DNA of 64,000 nucleotides from Deltaproteobacteria bacterium. Its GTDB lineage: Bacteria; Myxococcota; Kuafuiibacteriia; Kuafuiibacteriales; Kuafuiibacteriaceae. The notes under the pieces were generated by a model. That model ran no database searches. It had not been told where the DNA came from and saw nothing but the letters and a program-made list of their open reading frames with translations. The stretch spans positions 192,001-256,000 of the forward strand of contig JAVJQW010000070.1 of NCBI GenBank assembly GCA_040218735.1, read 5' to 3'. The first letter of the stretch is position 1. Every line of letters begins with the position of its first letter. Position numbers and translations under genes: made by a program. Shown here piece by piece: positions 18,633 through 28,821 of the stretch.

Positions 18633-19331
18633 GTGCCGTCGTCGTCGCAATCCGTGCGCCGCATCTGGCGCCACCTCCGGGTCCCGCTCGTCGCGCTGCA
18701 CGTCGTCGCGATCGGGCTGATGGCCACACCCGACCCCGGGCCTGGCCTTCAGCGGAGCGCCTGGAAGAACCCCACCGTCCAGGCCGAAATCCAGGCGTGG
18801 GCCGAGCGGTTGAACGGTTTCGGTGTCGAGGTCACGCCCAAGGCGCTCGAAGCCTGGGCCTGGGCGCGCGCGAAGGCGCTGCACCGCCTGCGGGATCGGC
18901 TCGTCCGACCGTTCCGTCCGTACCACGACTACGTCGGCATCCGGCAGCCGTGGAACATGTTCGTCGCGCCGCACCGCAACCCGGCGGTGCTCGGCGTCGA
19001 CATCCTCGTCGACGATGAATGGACCCCGCTCTACCGCACGCGCTCCGACGTCTACGACTACCGACGCGCCTTCTTCGACCACGACCGTATCCGCGCGATG
19101 TTGTTCCGCTACGGCTGGCCGTCCTACCGACACACCTACAACGACTTCGCGCGCTGGCTCGCCAAACAGATCGCCGTCGACGTCCCCGAGGCCACCAAGG
19201 CCCGCATCTTCTACACGCGCTACCGCACGCGCTCGCCCGACGAAGTGAAGGACGGCACCGAAGTGAAGACGGTGCGCGACCAGTACGTCATCTTCGACCT
19301 CGCCGTCTTCCGACCGGAGCCTTCGCCGTGA
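18633..19331 (+). CDS. Membrane-anchored partner of the HTTM protein (SdpA/DUF5819-like W-x-M-F motif)
   Basis: N-terminal TM; QPWNMFVAP motif; stop overlaps the next start. Confidence 0.6.
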   Translation: MPSSSQSVRRIWRHLRVPLVALHVVAIGLMATPDPGPGLQRSAWKNPTVQAEIQAWAERLNGFGVEVTPKALEAWAWARAKALHRLRDRLVRPFRPYHDYVGIRQPWNMFVAPHRNPAVLGVDILVDDEWTPLYRTRSDVYDYRRAFFDHDRIRAMLFRYGWPSYRHTYNDFARWLAKQIAVDVPEATKARIFYTRYRTRSPDEVKDGTEVKTVRDQYVIFDLAVFRPEPSP

Positions 19332-20278
19332 TGCGCTGGTACCGATCCCTCGTCGCGTACCTCGACGAACGCGAGCGCGGCGAGGCCCTCGCCCTCTTCC
19401 GAATCTTCGTAGGGCTCGCGTTGGTGGTCGACCTCGGCGCGACGGCCCCCGACGGCGTGCTCTCGGCGATCTGGATCGACATCCACCACGGCGGCTACCG
19501 CCCGCTGGGTTTTGGTACCTTCCTCGTGCAGGCCCTCGGCGGCCCCACGCCTACGGTGATCTGGGGCCTCTTCGGCGCGACCGTCGCGGCGGGCCTCGCG
19601 ATGATCGTCGGGCTCGGCGGGCGCTTCACCGCGCTGATCGCCGCGCAGGGGTTCTTGGCGCTCTCCGGTCTCAACGGCCACACCCGCGGCAGCTACGACG
19701 CGCTGCTGTCGAACCTCCTCTGGCTGAACGTCCTCGCGAACGGCACCGCGACGTGGTCCCTCGACGCGAAGCTCTTTACCGGCCGCTGGTCCACGGACCG
19801 CCTCGTCACGTCGTGGCCACGCCGCCTCGGGATCCTGCAACTCGTCTTGCTCTACTTCTCGACGGGCCTGCACAAGATCTCCGCCCATTGGACGCCGGCG
19901 GGCGGCTTCTCGGCGCTCTACTACATCCTGCAGCAGCCCTCGTGGCACCGCGTCGACATGGCGTGGGCCGCGTACGTCTATCCGCTCACGCAGCTCGGCA
20001 CCGCGATCACCTGGGCCTTCGAGGTCGGCGCCCCGATCCTGCTGTTCATGCTGTGGCGGGAGCGTCGGCGCGGCCGGCGGAACAACTACCGAAGGTGGTT
20101 CGCGCTCGTCGGCGTGCTGCTGCACACCGGGATCTTCGTCTTCATGGAGGTGGGACCGTTCACGGTCATCATCTGGTCCCTGTATCTGTGCCTGTTCACC
20201 CCGGACGAGGTGCGGCGGCTCTTCGACGCTACGGTTTATCTGAGTCCCGCTGAAGGACGAAGCTGTAGCTCGGCTTGA
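19331..20278 (+). CDS. HTTM-domain membrane protein (vitamin K-dependent carboxylase / SdpB-like)
   Basis: LALFRIFVG, QLVLLYFSTGLHKI...W..G, FEVGAP, LHTGIFVFMEVGPF. Confidence 0.8.
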   Translation: MRWYRSLVAYLDERERGEALALFRIFVGLALVVDLGATAPDGVLSAIWIDIHHGGYRPLGFGTFLVQALGGPTPTVIWGLFGATVAAGLAMIVGLGGRFTALIAAQGFLALSGLNGHTRGSYDALLSNLLWLNVLANGTATWSLDAKLFTGRWSTDRLVTSWPRRLGILQLVLLYFSTGLHKISAHWTPAGGFSALYYILQQPSWHRVDMAWAAYVYPLTQLGTAITWAFEVGAPILLFMLWRERRRGRRNNYRRWFALVGVLLHTGIFVFMEVGPFTVIIWSLYLCLFTPDEVRRLFDATVYLSPAEGRSCSSA

Positions 20279-21335
20279 GCTGCTCGGGCGCGATGTCCTG
20301 CTCGATCTTCACGTAGCCGCCCGCCTCGATCGTGATCTTGTGCGCGGCCTTCGGGTCGAGGTTCGGGATCTTCAGCGTGCGCTTGCCGGGGTAGGTCTGG
20401 CCGTCCACGACGATCTGCGCCGCCACCGGCTGCACTTCGATGCCGACCGTCAGCAGACCCGGCTTGCTCAGCGGGTCGAGGTCGATGTCGACGCGCTCGG
20501 CTTCCTCGCCCGCCTTCACCTTCGCGTTGAGTGTGTACGGCGCGTGGCCGTCCAGCGTCACGAGGATCTCGTGGTCGCCCTCGGGCAGCGTCAGCTTCAC
20601 GGGCGTGGTCTGCTCGTAGGCCTTGCCGTCGACCGTCAGCGACGCGCCGTCCGGCGTGGTGTGCAGCTGGATGACGCCGCGCTCCTTGTTCGTGAGCGTC
20701 ACGAACAAGAGGCCGCCGATGATCAGGATCAGGAGCGCGCCGACCCCGAGCTTCGCGAGGCGTCGCTTCGCGACCTCGGCGGGGGACGCCTTCGGGAGGA
20801 TGTCGCCCGTCGCCGCACCGGCCGCGCCCACGTTGGCGCTCGGCGGCGGCTTCGGCGGCTGCATCCACAGCAGCGTGTTCTCACCGAAGCCGGGCTGGCC
20901 GACCCGCGGGCCGTCCGGTCCGGGCGGCTGCGCGCCCTGCGGCGGGGTCCCCTGCGCCATCGGCGCGGTCTGGCCGCCACCGGCCATGCTCATCGGCTCC
21001 GTCGGCGCGACGCCGCCGGGCGGCTGCGAAGCGGGATCCCGCGCAGCGCCGGAGACGACCTGCTGCGGGCCTGTACCGATCTGGTCCAACGAGACGTTGC
21101 CCTCGAACGAGGGCAGCGCAGGCATCGCGCGCGTGGGCGCGTCACCGATGTCCTCGCCCGAGTCCGGGCCGATGACGATCTGGTGCGCGACGGCGCTCCC
21201 GCCTCCGCTCTTCTTCGCCTGCATGCGCTGGCGCGCTTCACGCAGCGCCTTCAATTCGTCGTTGCTCAGCGGGTCGAGCAGCGTGCGGTCGTCACTCGGC
21301 GGCTGTCGTTTGCCACCACCTTGGCCGTCGCTCAT
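20229..21335 (-). CDS. PEGA-domain single-pass membrane protein
   Basis: Low-complexity N-terminus, TM, HTTPDGASLTVDG...TPVKLTLPEGDHEI (PEGA) and a second PEGA-like domain. Confidence 0.8.
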   Translation of the reverse strand: MSDGQGGGKRQPPSDDRTLLDPLSNDELKALREARQRMQAKKSGGGSAVAHQIVIGPDSGEDIGDAPTRAMPALPSFEGNVSLDQIGTGPQQVVSGAARDPASQPPGGVAPTEPMSMAGGGQTAPMAQGTPPQGAQPPGPDGPRVGQPGFGENTLLWMQPPKPPPSANVGAAGAATGDILPKASPAEVAKRRLAKLGVGALLILIIGGLLFVTLTNKERGVIQLHTTPDGASLTVDGKAYEQTTPVKLTLPEGDHEILVTLDGHAPYTLNAKVKAGEEAERVDIDLDPLSKPGLLTVGIEVQPVAAQIVVDGQTYPGKRTLKIPNLDPKAAHKITIEAGGYVKIEQDIAPEQLKPSYSFVLQRDSDKP

Positions 21336-21388
21336 CGGGAAAAACTCCGATCCGTTGGATACCATATGTCCAGGTCTATCGACAGGCT

Positions 21389-22483
21389 TTACGGATCGAA
21401 CACCGAAAGCCGGTCGACTGCCCCAAACGCTTGCACCGTCGCCCCGCCCGGCAGGTAGATGCGATCGCCGACCACGGCGGCGCCCGTCCCGTGGATCGCC
21501 GGGTCCATCGGCGCGAGGACATCCCACGCCCCGCGCGCGACGTCGAACGCCTCGACCTCCACGAACAAATTCGTCGGCGGGTTCGCCCCATTCCCCTCAC
21601 CGCCGAACACAAACAGGCGCCCGTCGTAGAAAGCCCCGGCCGTCCCGGCGCGCCCGGTCGGCATCGCGGGGCCCGTCGACCAGGTCGCCGTCGCGATGTC
21701 GTAGATGTCGAGGCGCGGCACGTGGGAGCTGATACCCCCGGCGCGCCCGCCCGCGACGTAGAGCTTGCCGTCATGGATGTCGCCCGCGCCGTGGTCCATC
21801 GCGCGCGGGATCGGCGCGAGGGGACGCCAGGTCTGCGTCTTCGGATCGTAGACGTCGAAGTCCGCGGTGGGCACCGCGTTCTTCAGACCGCCGACGACGT
21901 AGATCTCGCCGTCGTGCACGCCGACCACCGACGAGCCGCGCGCGCGCTGGGGCTCCATCGCGGTCTGCTCCGTCCAGCCGTCGGTGTCCGGGTCGTAGAC
22001 GAACACCCGACCGTCGTCCTGGAACCCCGCGACGAGAAAACCAACGACGTAGATCTTGTCGTCCACGACCGCCGCGTTCGCGTGGTGGAAGTTGGCGGGG
22101 AAGTCGGCGACGGAGCGCCACTGGTCGGTGCTCGGATCGTACGCCTCGACGCGCGCGCCGAAGCCGTTCGTCCCGTAGCCGCCGAGGACGTAGACCTCGC
22201 CGCGCAGCGCGACGACCGCGGTCTCCTGCAGCGGCGCGAGGAGCGAGGGCCCCTCGGACCACGTCCCGGTCGATGGTTCTTCGCCCCCGTCGCGCACACC
22301 GCCGTCGTGATCCGGAGGGAGGGGCCCGGCGTCGCGCGGCGGTCCGGCGTCGCGCGTCCCGCCATCACGCACGGCACCATCGAGGGACGGCCCCGCGTCG
22401 CGCGCGCCGGGATCGAAGTCGTCGTCGGCGTCGGTGCCCGAGCAGGCGACGAGGAGGCAGAGCGGGAGCAGACGGATCTTCAC
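21389..22483 (-). CDS. Kelch-repeat lipoprotein
   Basis: GTG with RBS; lipobox LLVAC; six Kelch repeats (YVLGG, YVVGF, YVVGG, YVAGG, FVFGG, YLPGG). Confidence 0.85.
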   Translation of the reverse strand: MKIRLLPLCLLVACSGTDADDDFDPGARDAGPSLDGAVRDGGTRDAGPPRDAGPLPPDHDGGVRDGGEEPSTGTWSEGPSLLAPLQETAVVALRGEVYVLGGYGTNGFGARVEAYDPSTDQWRSVADFPANFHHANAAVVDDKIYVVGFLVAGFQDDGRVFVYDPDTDGWTEQTAMEPQRARGSSVVGVHDGEIYVVGGLKNAVPTADFDVYDPKTQTWRPLAPIPRAMDHGAGDIHDGKLYVAGGRAGGISSHVPRLDIYDIATATWSTGPAMPTGRAGTAGAFYDGRLFVFGGEGNGANPPTNLFVEVEAFDVARGAWDVLAPMDPAIHGTGAAVVGDRIYLPGGATVQAFGAVDRLSVFDP

Positions 22484-22553
22484 ACCCCCTTGGACCGTGC
22501 GGCGTCGCTTCACCCGCCAACCGTAGGCCGAGGTCGGCCACGAATGCGACCGG

Positions 22554-25500
22554 TCAACGCACGAAGACGTCCTCCACGCCGTCTCCGCTCGGCGGCAACG
22601 CGTGCAGCCGCGTCGGTGGGGTGACGCCGCCATCGACGAAATCGACCACGTACGCCTCGTTCCTCCCCGGCGTCACGACATCCCCGACGAAGACCAACCC
22701 CGCATCGTCACGCAAGAGCCGCCACCGGTCGTCCCAGATCCGCCCCGCGCGGTTCGGCCACAGACGAACCGGCAGCGAGGGGGTCGTGCTGTCGAGGTGC
22801 ATCACCACGAGGTCGAAGTGGCCCCCGCCCGTGAAGTCGCCCCAGGTCACGAGGCGCGCGCCGTCCGAGGTCCAGCGCATGTCGAGGAACGCGGCTATGG
22901 GGATCGCACCCGCGCCGGGTGTCGCCTGTGTGAGGTCGAACGGTGGTCCCCCGCTGAGGTCGGCCACCCAGGCGTGGTCGTTGCCGGTCACCCCGTCGCG
23001 CTGCGTGAACGCGATGCGCGAGCCGTCGGGCGACCACAGGTACGACTTGGCCGGGCGCGAGTCGCGGCACTCGACGTCGCTCCCCGCCGAGGGATTGCTG
23101 ACCCGCACGGGGGTGGCGGGGAGCGGCTGCGTCATGTCCGCGATGTAAAGATCGTAGAGCCCCGGCCGATCGATCTGGGCGCAGAACGCGACGTGGGTCC
23201 CCTGCGGGTTCCAGCGCGCGGTCTCGGAGCCCTGCCCCGCGGGGAGCGGCGCATGGAGCGGAACCGGGGGCGTGAACGACGAACCGGTCAGCGTCGTGAT
23301 GTGGACGGCCCTGTCGCCCGAAGGCGCTTGCACGACGAACGCCAACCGGTGGGGCAGGTTCGGGCTGAAGTCGGCGCCCTGGCGAAGCGCGTCCGGGTGG
23401 ACGACGAAACGTTGCGGCGGACTCGCGCGGACGTCGATGACGTTCAGGATCGACGGCCCCAGCGCCAACGCGTAGCGGGCGTCGTCCGACCAGTCGGGAT
23501 CCAGCGAGAACGCACCGCCGGCCCCGAGCGCGACCACGTTCGGTGGCGCCGCGAAGTCCATGAAGTCGACGTAGAAGATGTGGTCGCCGGAGGGGCTGCC
23601 GGTCTCGAGGAGCACGCCGTGCCCGTCGGGCGCCAAGTTCTGACGTCCGGTGTTGAAGCCCGGCGGATCGATGTTGACCGGGGTGCTCGACACCGTTGGG
23701 TCCTCGACGTTCGAGACGTAGAGACGAGCGCCGGGCATCGACGAAGCCGTCAGCACCGCGCGGGAGTCGGCCGTCCACTCCAGCGGCGGGCGCGTGTTGG
23801 AGGAGGAGGGAATCGAGCCGAGCAGGTGGGTCGCGCTCGACCGCGGCGTCGCGTCCAGGAAGAGGAAGGTCAGGTCGTTTCGGCCCGAGACCGCGAAGTC
23901 GGCGACGTACGCGAGCTTGGAACCGTCCGGCGACAAAGCCGACGCTCGCACGCTCCCCGACGTGCCCGTCGGGCTGACGCGCGACGGGGGAACGCCGGCC
24001 GTTCGGCAGAGGTCCACCTCGAACACCTCGTTGCGCGACGGATCGAGCAGCGCACCCACGATCACCGCGGACCTCGGCGGCTGGGTCCCCAGCGCGACGG
24101 CGACGGTGTAGCTGCGTTCGTCCGAGAGCATCGTCGCCAAGTCGACGACGCGAACGCGGAACGCGTACGTCCCCGGCGTCCCGGCGCGCCCGTACAGCTG
24201 CCCGTCGGCGAGGACCCACCCCGGCGGCAGCGCGCCGCTCACCACGCTCCAGGAACGCGGCCCGTTCGGTACCCCGCCGGTCGTCTCGATGGTCTGAATC
24301 CCCGGCTCACACGCGGGGCGGCCGTCGAGGCTGGTGGTGGTGATCTGGATCGGCTCCACCACGACCAGGTCGAACAACGCCGAGTCGGTCTCGCCGGTCG
24401 CGTCCTCGACGTGCAGCGTGAACGCGTAGCTGCCCGGGCTGCCGGCGGTGCCGACGAGCGCGGCCAGCGACGGCGTCCCCCCGGGCTCCAGCGTGATGCC
24501 GAGCGGGAGCCCTCCGTCCACGATCGTGAAGACGTAGGGCGCTGTGCCGCCGACGACTTCGATCGCGGTCGTGTAGGGGACCCCGACCGACGCCGCGGGG
24601 ACGGAGGGCGTCTGAATGGCGAGCGCGCGGCGAACCTCGATCGTCATCGTGCCTTGCGCGGTGACGCCGTTGGTGTCCTCGACTTCGATCGCGAAGGGGT
24701 ACGTCCCGGCCTGCGTCGGCGTCCCGGAGACGACGCCCCCGCCGCCGTCGAGGCTCAGGCCTGGCGGGAGGCTCCCGGTCACGACCGTCCACGTGTGCGG
24801 CCCGGGCGCGCCGCCGGTCGCGGCGAGGGTCGCGAGGTACGGCGTTTCGACGAAGCACGACCCCGACGCCCCCTGCAGGTCGATGCCGAGCGGCTCGAAG
24901 ATCATGCCGGTGTAGCGCCGACGCGCGGAGGAATTCGTCGCGCGCGCCTCCAGCGTGAAGTCGAACGTCCCCGCCGTGGTCGGCGTTCCGGTCAGCGTGA
25001 AGGGCTCCGCCGTCGTGCTCGCGGTGAGCCCGGCCGGGAGCGCGCCGTCGACCACGGACCACGCGTAGGTGCCGGCCGTCCCGCCCGAGATCTCGAACGC
25101 GATCGCCACCGGCGTCGCGACGTACAGATCGTCGATCTGGTTCGGCCGAATAAGGAGCTCGCCGCCGGTGACGAGGAGCTGGTACGTGCGCTCCGCTGTC
25201 CTTTCCGCGTCGTCGCGGACCTGGATCGTGATGGAGAAGGAGCCGCCACGCGTGGGGGTGCCCACGAGCATCGTCGCGGGCGTCCCGTCCGATTCGAGCT
25301 GGACGCCGTCGGGGAGGCGGCCCGCGGGGATCGACCAGGTGTAGCCCGCCTCGGTTCCGCCGCGCGCTTCGATCGTCTGGGTGTACGGCGTGTCGTAGGC
25401 GGCCGCCTCGAGACGCGGCGTGGTGATGACGAGGGGATCCGGGACGTCGTCCGCGGGGAGGACGAGGATGCTCAGCTCGGCGCGCGCTTCGCCGGAGTCG

Positions 25501-25799
25501 TCGCGAACCTCGACGGTGAAGGTCGTCGTCCCCGCGACGGTGGGGACCCCTTCGATCGTGACACCGCTCAGCACGAGGCCCTCGGGGAGCGCGCCGGCCA
25601 CCACCGACCAGGTGGGCGTCCCGACGCCGCCCAAAGACGCGAGCGTCGCGCGGTACGCCACGCCCACGGTGCCGTCCGGGAGTGAAGCCGTGTCGATCGC
25701 GACGGGCGTGGGCACGTCCGACGGCGTGTCGTCCCCGACGGGGTCACCGCCACCGCAGGCCACGAAGAGGAGCGGCACCAACCCGGTGACTTTGCGCAT
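22554..25799 (-). CDS. Lipoprotein with six putative Ig (He_PIG-like) repeats and a C-terminal TolB-like beta-propeller
   Basis: Lipobox LFVAC; six GG...W.V..G.LP.G....G.P...G.F.F repeats; SPDGSKLAY, WNPQGTHVAF, WSPDGSRIAF blades. Confidence 0.85.
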   Translation of the reverse strand: MRKVTGLVPLLFVACGGGDPVGDDTPSDVPTPVAIDTASLPDGTVGVAYRATLASLGGVGTPTWSVVAGALPEGLVLSGVTIEGVPTVAGTTTFTVEVRDDSGEARAELSILVLPADDVPDPLVITTPRLEAAAYDTPYTQTIEARGGTEAGYTWSIPAGRLPDGVQLESDGTPATMLVGTPTRGGSFSITIQVRDDAERTAERTYQLLVTGGELLIRPNQIDDLYVATPVAIAFEISGGTAGTYAWSVVDGALPAGLTASTTAEPFTLTGTPTTAGTFDFTLEARATNSSARRRYTGMIFEPLGIDLQGASGSCFVETPYLATLAATGGAPGPHTWTVVTGSLPPGLSLDGGGGVVSGTPTQAGTYPFAIEVEDTNGVTAQGTMTIEVRRALAIQTPSVPAASVGVPYTTAIEVVGGTAPYVFTIVDGGLPLGITLEPGGTPSLAALVGTAGSPGSYAFTLHVEDATGETDSALFDLVVVEPIQITTTSLDGRPACEPGIQTIETTGGVPNGPRSWSVVSGALPPGWVLADGQLYGRAGTPGTYAFRVRVVDLATMLSDERSYTVAVALGTQPPRSAVIVGALLDPSRNEVFEVDLCRTAGVPPSRVSPTGTSGSVRASALSPDGSKLAYVADFAVSGRNDLTFLFLDATPRSSATHLLGSIPSSSNTRPPLEWTADSRAVLTASSMPGARLYVSNVEDPTVSSTPVNIDPPGFNTGRQNLAPDGHGVLLETGSPSGDHIFYVDFMDFAAPPNVVALGAGGAFSLDPDWSDDARYALALGPSILNVIDVRASPPQRFVVHPDALRQGADFSPNLPHRLAFVVQAPSGDRAVHITTLTGSSFTPPVPLHAPLPAGQGSETARWNPQGTHVAFCAQIDRPGLYDLYIADMTQPLPATPVRVSNPSAGSDVECRDSRPAKSYLWSPDGSRIAFTQRDGVTGNDHAWVADLSGGPPFDLTQATPGAGAIPIAAFLDMRWTSDGARLVTWGDFTGGGHFDLVVMHLDSTTPSLPVRLWPNRAGRIWDDRWRLLRDDAGLVFVGDVVTPGRNEAYVVDFVDGGVTPPTRLHALPPSGDGVEDVFVR

Positions 25800-25896
25800 C
25801 AGTCGGTGAGATGGCCGGCCCCCTCCCTTTTCGTCGTTTTTTCTCCGGGCCCGAGTCCATTGCCCCTGAACATCCTTTCCTTGTATCGCTCGCAGC

Positions 25897-28053
25897 GTGC
25901 GGCGCGAGGACCCCACGACGATCGAGGGCATCCTCGAGCGCATCCTCTACGCCAACGACGAGACGGCGTGGAGCGTCGTGCACGTGCGCGTGGAGGGGGA
26001 GCGCGATCCGGTCAGCGCGACCGGCAACCTCCTGGGCGTGCGGGTCGGGGAGCGCATTCGTCTCAGTGGAACGTGGGAGCACAACAAGAAGTTCGGGCGG
26101 CAGTTCAAGGTCGACAGCTACCTCACGGTCCGCCCCACCACGAAACACGGCATCGAGAAGTACCTCGCCTCGGGGTTGGTGGAGGGGATCGGCCCCGCGA
26201 TGGCGGAGCGGATCGTCGCGCACTTCGGCGACAAGACGCTCGACGTCCTCGAGCAGACCCCGCAGCGCCTGACGGAGGTCGAGGGGATCGGTCCGGTGCG
26301 CGCGGCGCGCATCGACGCCGCGTGGGCGGAGCAGCGCGCGATCAAGGACGTGATGATCTTCCTCGGCGAGTTCGGCGTGACGCCGGCGTACGCCGTGCGG
26401 ATCTTCAAGCGTTACGGCGACAAGACGATCGCGACGGTGCGCAGCAACCCGTACCAGCTCGCGCTCGACATCGCGGGGATCGGCTTCAAGAAGGCCGACG
26501 CGATCGCGCTGCGCCTCGGGCTGGACCGGCGCGCCCCCGCACGCGTCGAGGCAGGCGCGCTGCATGCGCTGATGGAGGGGTCGTCCGACGGCCACGTGTA
26601 CCTCCCCGCGCCGGAGCTCGCGGGGCGCGCGGCGGAGTTGCTCGGTGTGGAGGCGCAGCTCGTCGACGACGCGATCACCACGCTCATCGCGTCGCGCCAC
26701 GTGCGCCGCGACGGCGACGCCATCTACCTGACCCCGCTCTACGACGCGGAGCTGGAGGCCGCGCAAGCCCTCTTGCACTTCGGTCCCGACACGTTCGAGG
26801 CGGACGTCGACCAGGTCATCGCGGCGTTCGAACAGGACATCGGCATCACCCTCGGCGACGCGCAGCGCGACGCCGTACACGCGGCGCGCACGAATCGCCT
26901 GCTGGTGATCACCGGCGGCCCCGGCACCGGCAAGACGACGCTGCTGCGCGCGATCCTGCGCCTGTACGAGACCCAGCGGCTGCAGATCAGCCTGGCCGCC
27001 CCCACGGGGCGCGCGGCGAAGCGGATGCACGAGACCACGGGGATCGAGGCGAAGACGATCCACCGCCTGTTGGAGTTCGCGCCGGAGGACAACGCGTTCG
27101 TCCGCAACGACGACAACCCGCTCGAGACGGACGTGCTGATCGTCGACGAGGCCTCCATGCTCGACGTCGCGCTCCTCGCGGATCTGATGCGCGCGGTGCC
27201 GCGACACGCGCGGGTGGTCTTCGTGGGCGACGTGGATCAGCTCCCCTCCGTCGGGCCGGGGAACGTGCTCGGCGACATCATCGACTCCGGCCGCGCGACG
27301 GTGGTGCGGCTCGAGCAGATCTTCCGGCAGGCGTCCGCGAGCCGCATCGTCACGAACGCCCACCGCATCATCCACGGCGAGCCGCCGGACATCCGCCCCG
27401 CGAAGGACGAGCTGTCCGACTTCTACTTCATCCGCCGCGAACGCCCCGACGACGTGCTCGACGCGATCGACAAGGTCATCGCGGAGCGCATCCCGAAGCG
27501 CTTCGGGCTCGACCCCGTCGACGACGTCCAGGTCCTCACGCCGATGCACCGCGGGCCCCTCGGGGGGGCCGCGATCAACCGTCGGCTGCAGGCGCTCCTC
27601 AACCCGCGCGGCGCGCCGTTCGAGCGCGGTCAGACCACGTACCGCGTCGGCGACAAGGTGATGCAGACGAAAAACGACTACGAGCTCGGCGTGTTCAACG
27701 GCGACCTCGGGCGCATCGCCTCCGTCGACGAGGAGGAAGGCACCGTCGACGTCGTCTACGACGGGCGCCGCGTGCGCTACGAGCGCCGCACGATGGACGC
27801 GCTGGTGCTCGCGTACGCCTGCACGATCCACAAGTCGCAGGGCTCGGAGTACCCCGCGGTGGTGCTACCGGTGAGCACGCAGCACTACGTCATGCTCCAC
27901 CGGAACCTGTTGTACACGGGCGTGACGCGCGGGAAGCGGCTCGTCGTGCTCGTGGGGAGCGAGCGCGCGCTGCGCCTCGCCGTCGACAACCGCCGCGAGC
28001 TGCGCCGCTACTCGGGCCTCGCCGAGCGATTGAAAGCCGCGTCGCCGATTTGA
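25897..28053 (+). CDS. recD2: ATP-dependent RecD-like DNA helicase RecD2 (SF1B)
   Basis: N-terminal OB/HhH region, GGPGTGKT, APTGRAAK, DEASM, GDVDQLPSV, TIHKSQGSE, YTGVTR. Confidence 0.93.
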   Translation: MRREDPTTIEGILERILYANDETAWSVVHVRVEGERDPVSATGNLLGVRVGERIRLSGTWEHNKKFGRQFKVDSYLTVRPTTKHGIEKYLASGLVEGIGPAMAERIVAHFGDKTLDVLEQTPQRLTEVEGIGPVRAARIDAAWAEQRAIKDVMIFLGEFGVTPAYAVRIFKRYGDKTIATVRSNPYQLALDIAGIGFKKADAIALRLGLDRRAPARVEAGALHALMEGSSDGHVYLPAPELAGRAAELLGVEAQLVDDAITTLIASRHVRRDGDAIYLTPLYDAELEAAQALLHFGPDTFEADVDQVIAAFEQDIGITLGDAQRDAVHAARTNRLLVITGGPGTGKTTLLRAILRLYETQRLQISLAAPTGRAAKRMHETTGIEAKTIHRLLEFAPEDNAFVRNDDNPLETDVLIVDEASMLDVALLADLMRAVPRHARVVFVGDVDQLPSVGPGNVLGDIIDSGRATVVRLEQIFRQASASRIVTNAHRIIHGEPPDIRPAKDELSDFYFIRRERPDDVLDAIDKVIAERIPKRFGLDPVDDVQVLTPMHRGPLGGAAINRRLQALLNPRGAPFERGQTTYRVGDKVMQTKNDYELGVFNGDLGRIASVDEEEGTVDVVYDGRRVRYERRTMDALVLAYACTIHKSQGSEYPAVVLPVSTQHYVMLHRNLLYTGVTRGKRLVVLVGSERALRLAVDNRRELRRYSGLAERLKAASPI

Positions 28054-28168
28054 GCGCGGTCACGATGCGGACCGTCGCGTCGCGCGGCGCGTATCGATCG
28101 TCCAAGGAAGTGGCTGACGCGACGGGACTAGGATCCGAAATCGCCGTGTTGGAATCGACGAAGGGAAA

Positions 28169-28783
28169 GTGAAGAACGTGAAAGCTCGAAGAAGTCGCGG
28201 TGTCCGAGGTCTCGTCGAGGCCTCTCGCACAGATCGCGGTCTCATCGAGCGCCTCTTCCGCGAGAACTGCGCGCTGCGCCGCGAAAACGCGCGCCTGCAG
28301 CGCTTCGAGACGCTCGCGTGCCAGGACGCGCTGACCCAGCTCGGCAACCGCCGGCACTTCGACGACCGCCTCGCGTCCGAGCTTGCCCGCGCGCAGCGCA
28401 GCTACGCGCCCCTCTCGGTGCTCTTCATCGACCTCGACCGCTTCAAGTCGATCAACGACGGCGCCGGCCACATCGCCGGCGACGAGGCGCTCGCCTGGAT
28501 GGGCCGCTTCCTCGCGGGCGCGATACGCACCAGCGACGTCGCCTGCCGCATCGGCGGCGACGAGTTCGGAATACTGTTGCCGGACACGGACGCCGACGGC
28601 GCCGAGATGATGGCCGAGCGCCTGAAGGCCGCCCTGGAGGCGGCGCTCGACGCGCCGCGGATGCCGGACGGGACGCGCATCAGCCTGTCGATCGGGATGG
28701 CGACCGCGCCCGAGGACGGTGTGGCGCCGGCCACGCTGCTGGGGCGCGCGGACTCGCGGATGTACGACGACAAGGCCGCCTGA
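28169..28783 (+). CDS. Diguanylate cyclase (GGDEF) with short coiled-coil N-terminus
   Basis: DALTQLGNRR, DLDRFKSIND..GH..GD, RTSD I-site, RIGGDEF; start 28169 or 28178. Confidence 0.9.
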   Translation: MKNVKARRSRGVRGLVEASRTDRGLIERLFRENCALRRENARLQRFETLACQDALTQLGNRRHFDDRLASELARAQRSYAPLSVLFIDLDRFKSINDGAGHIAGDEALAWMGRFLAGAIRTSDVACRIGGDEFGILLPDTDADGAEMMAERLKAALEAALDAPRMPDGTRISLSIGMATAPEDGVAPATLLGRADSRMYDDKAA

Positions 28784-28821
28784 ATTTTCTTTTTCCACCG
28801 CAGGCGTCTCGGGCGGTCCGT

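Noticed and set aside
20229-20278. Convergent 3' overlaps (also 42736-42783)
   Set aside because: Short tail-to-tail overlaps are common in GC-rich genomes; no evidence of a special function.
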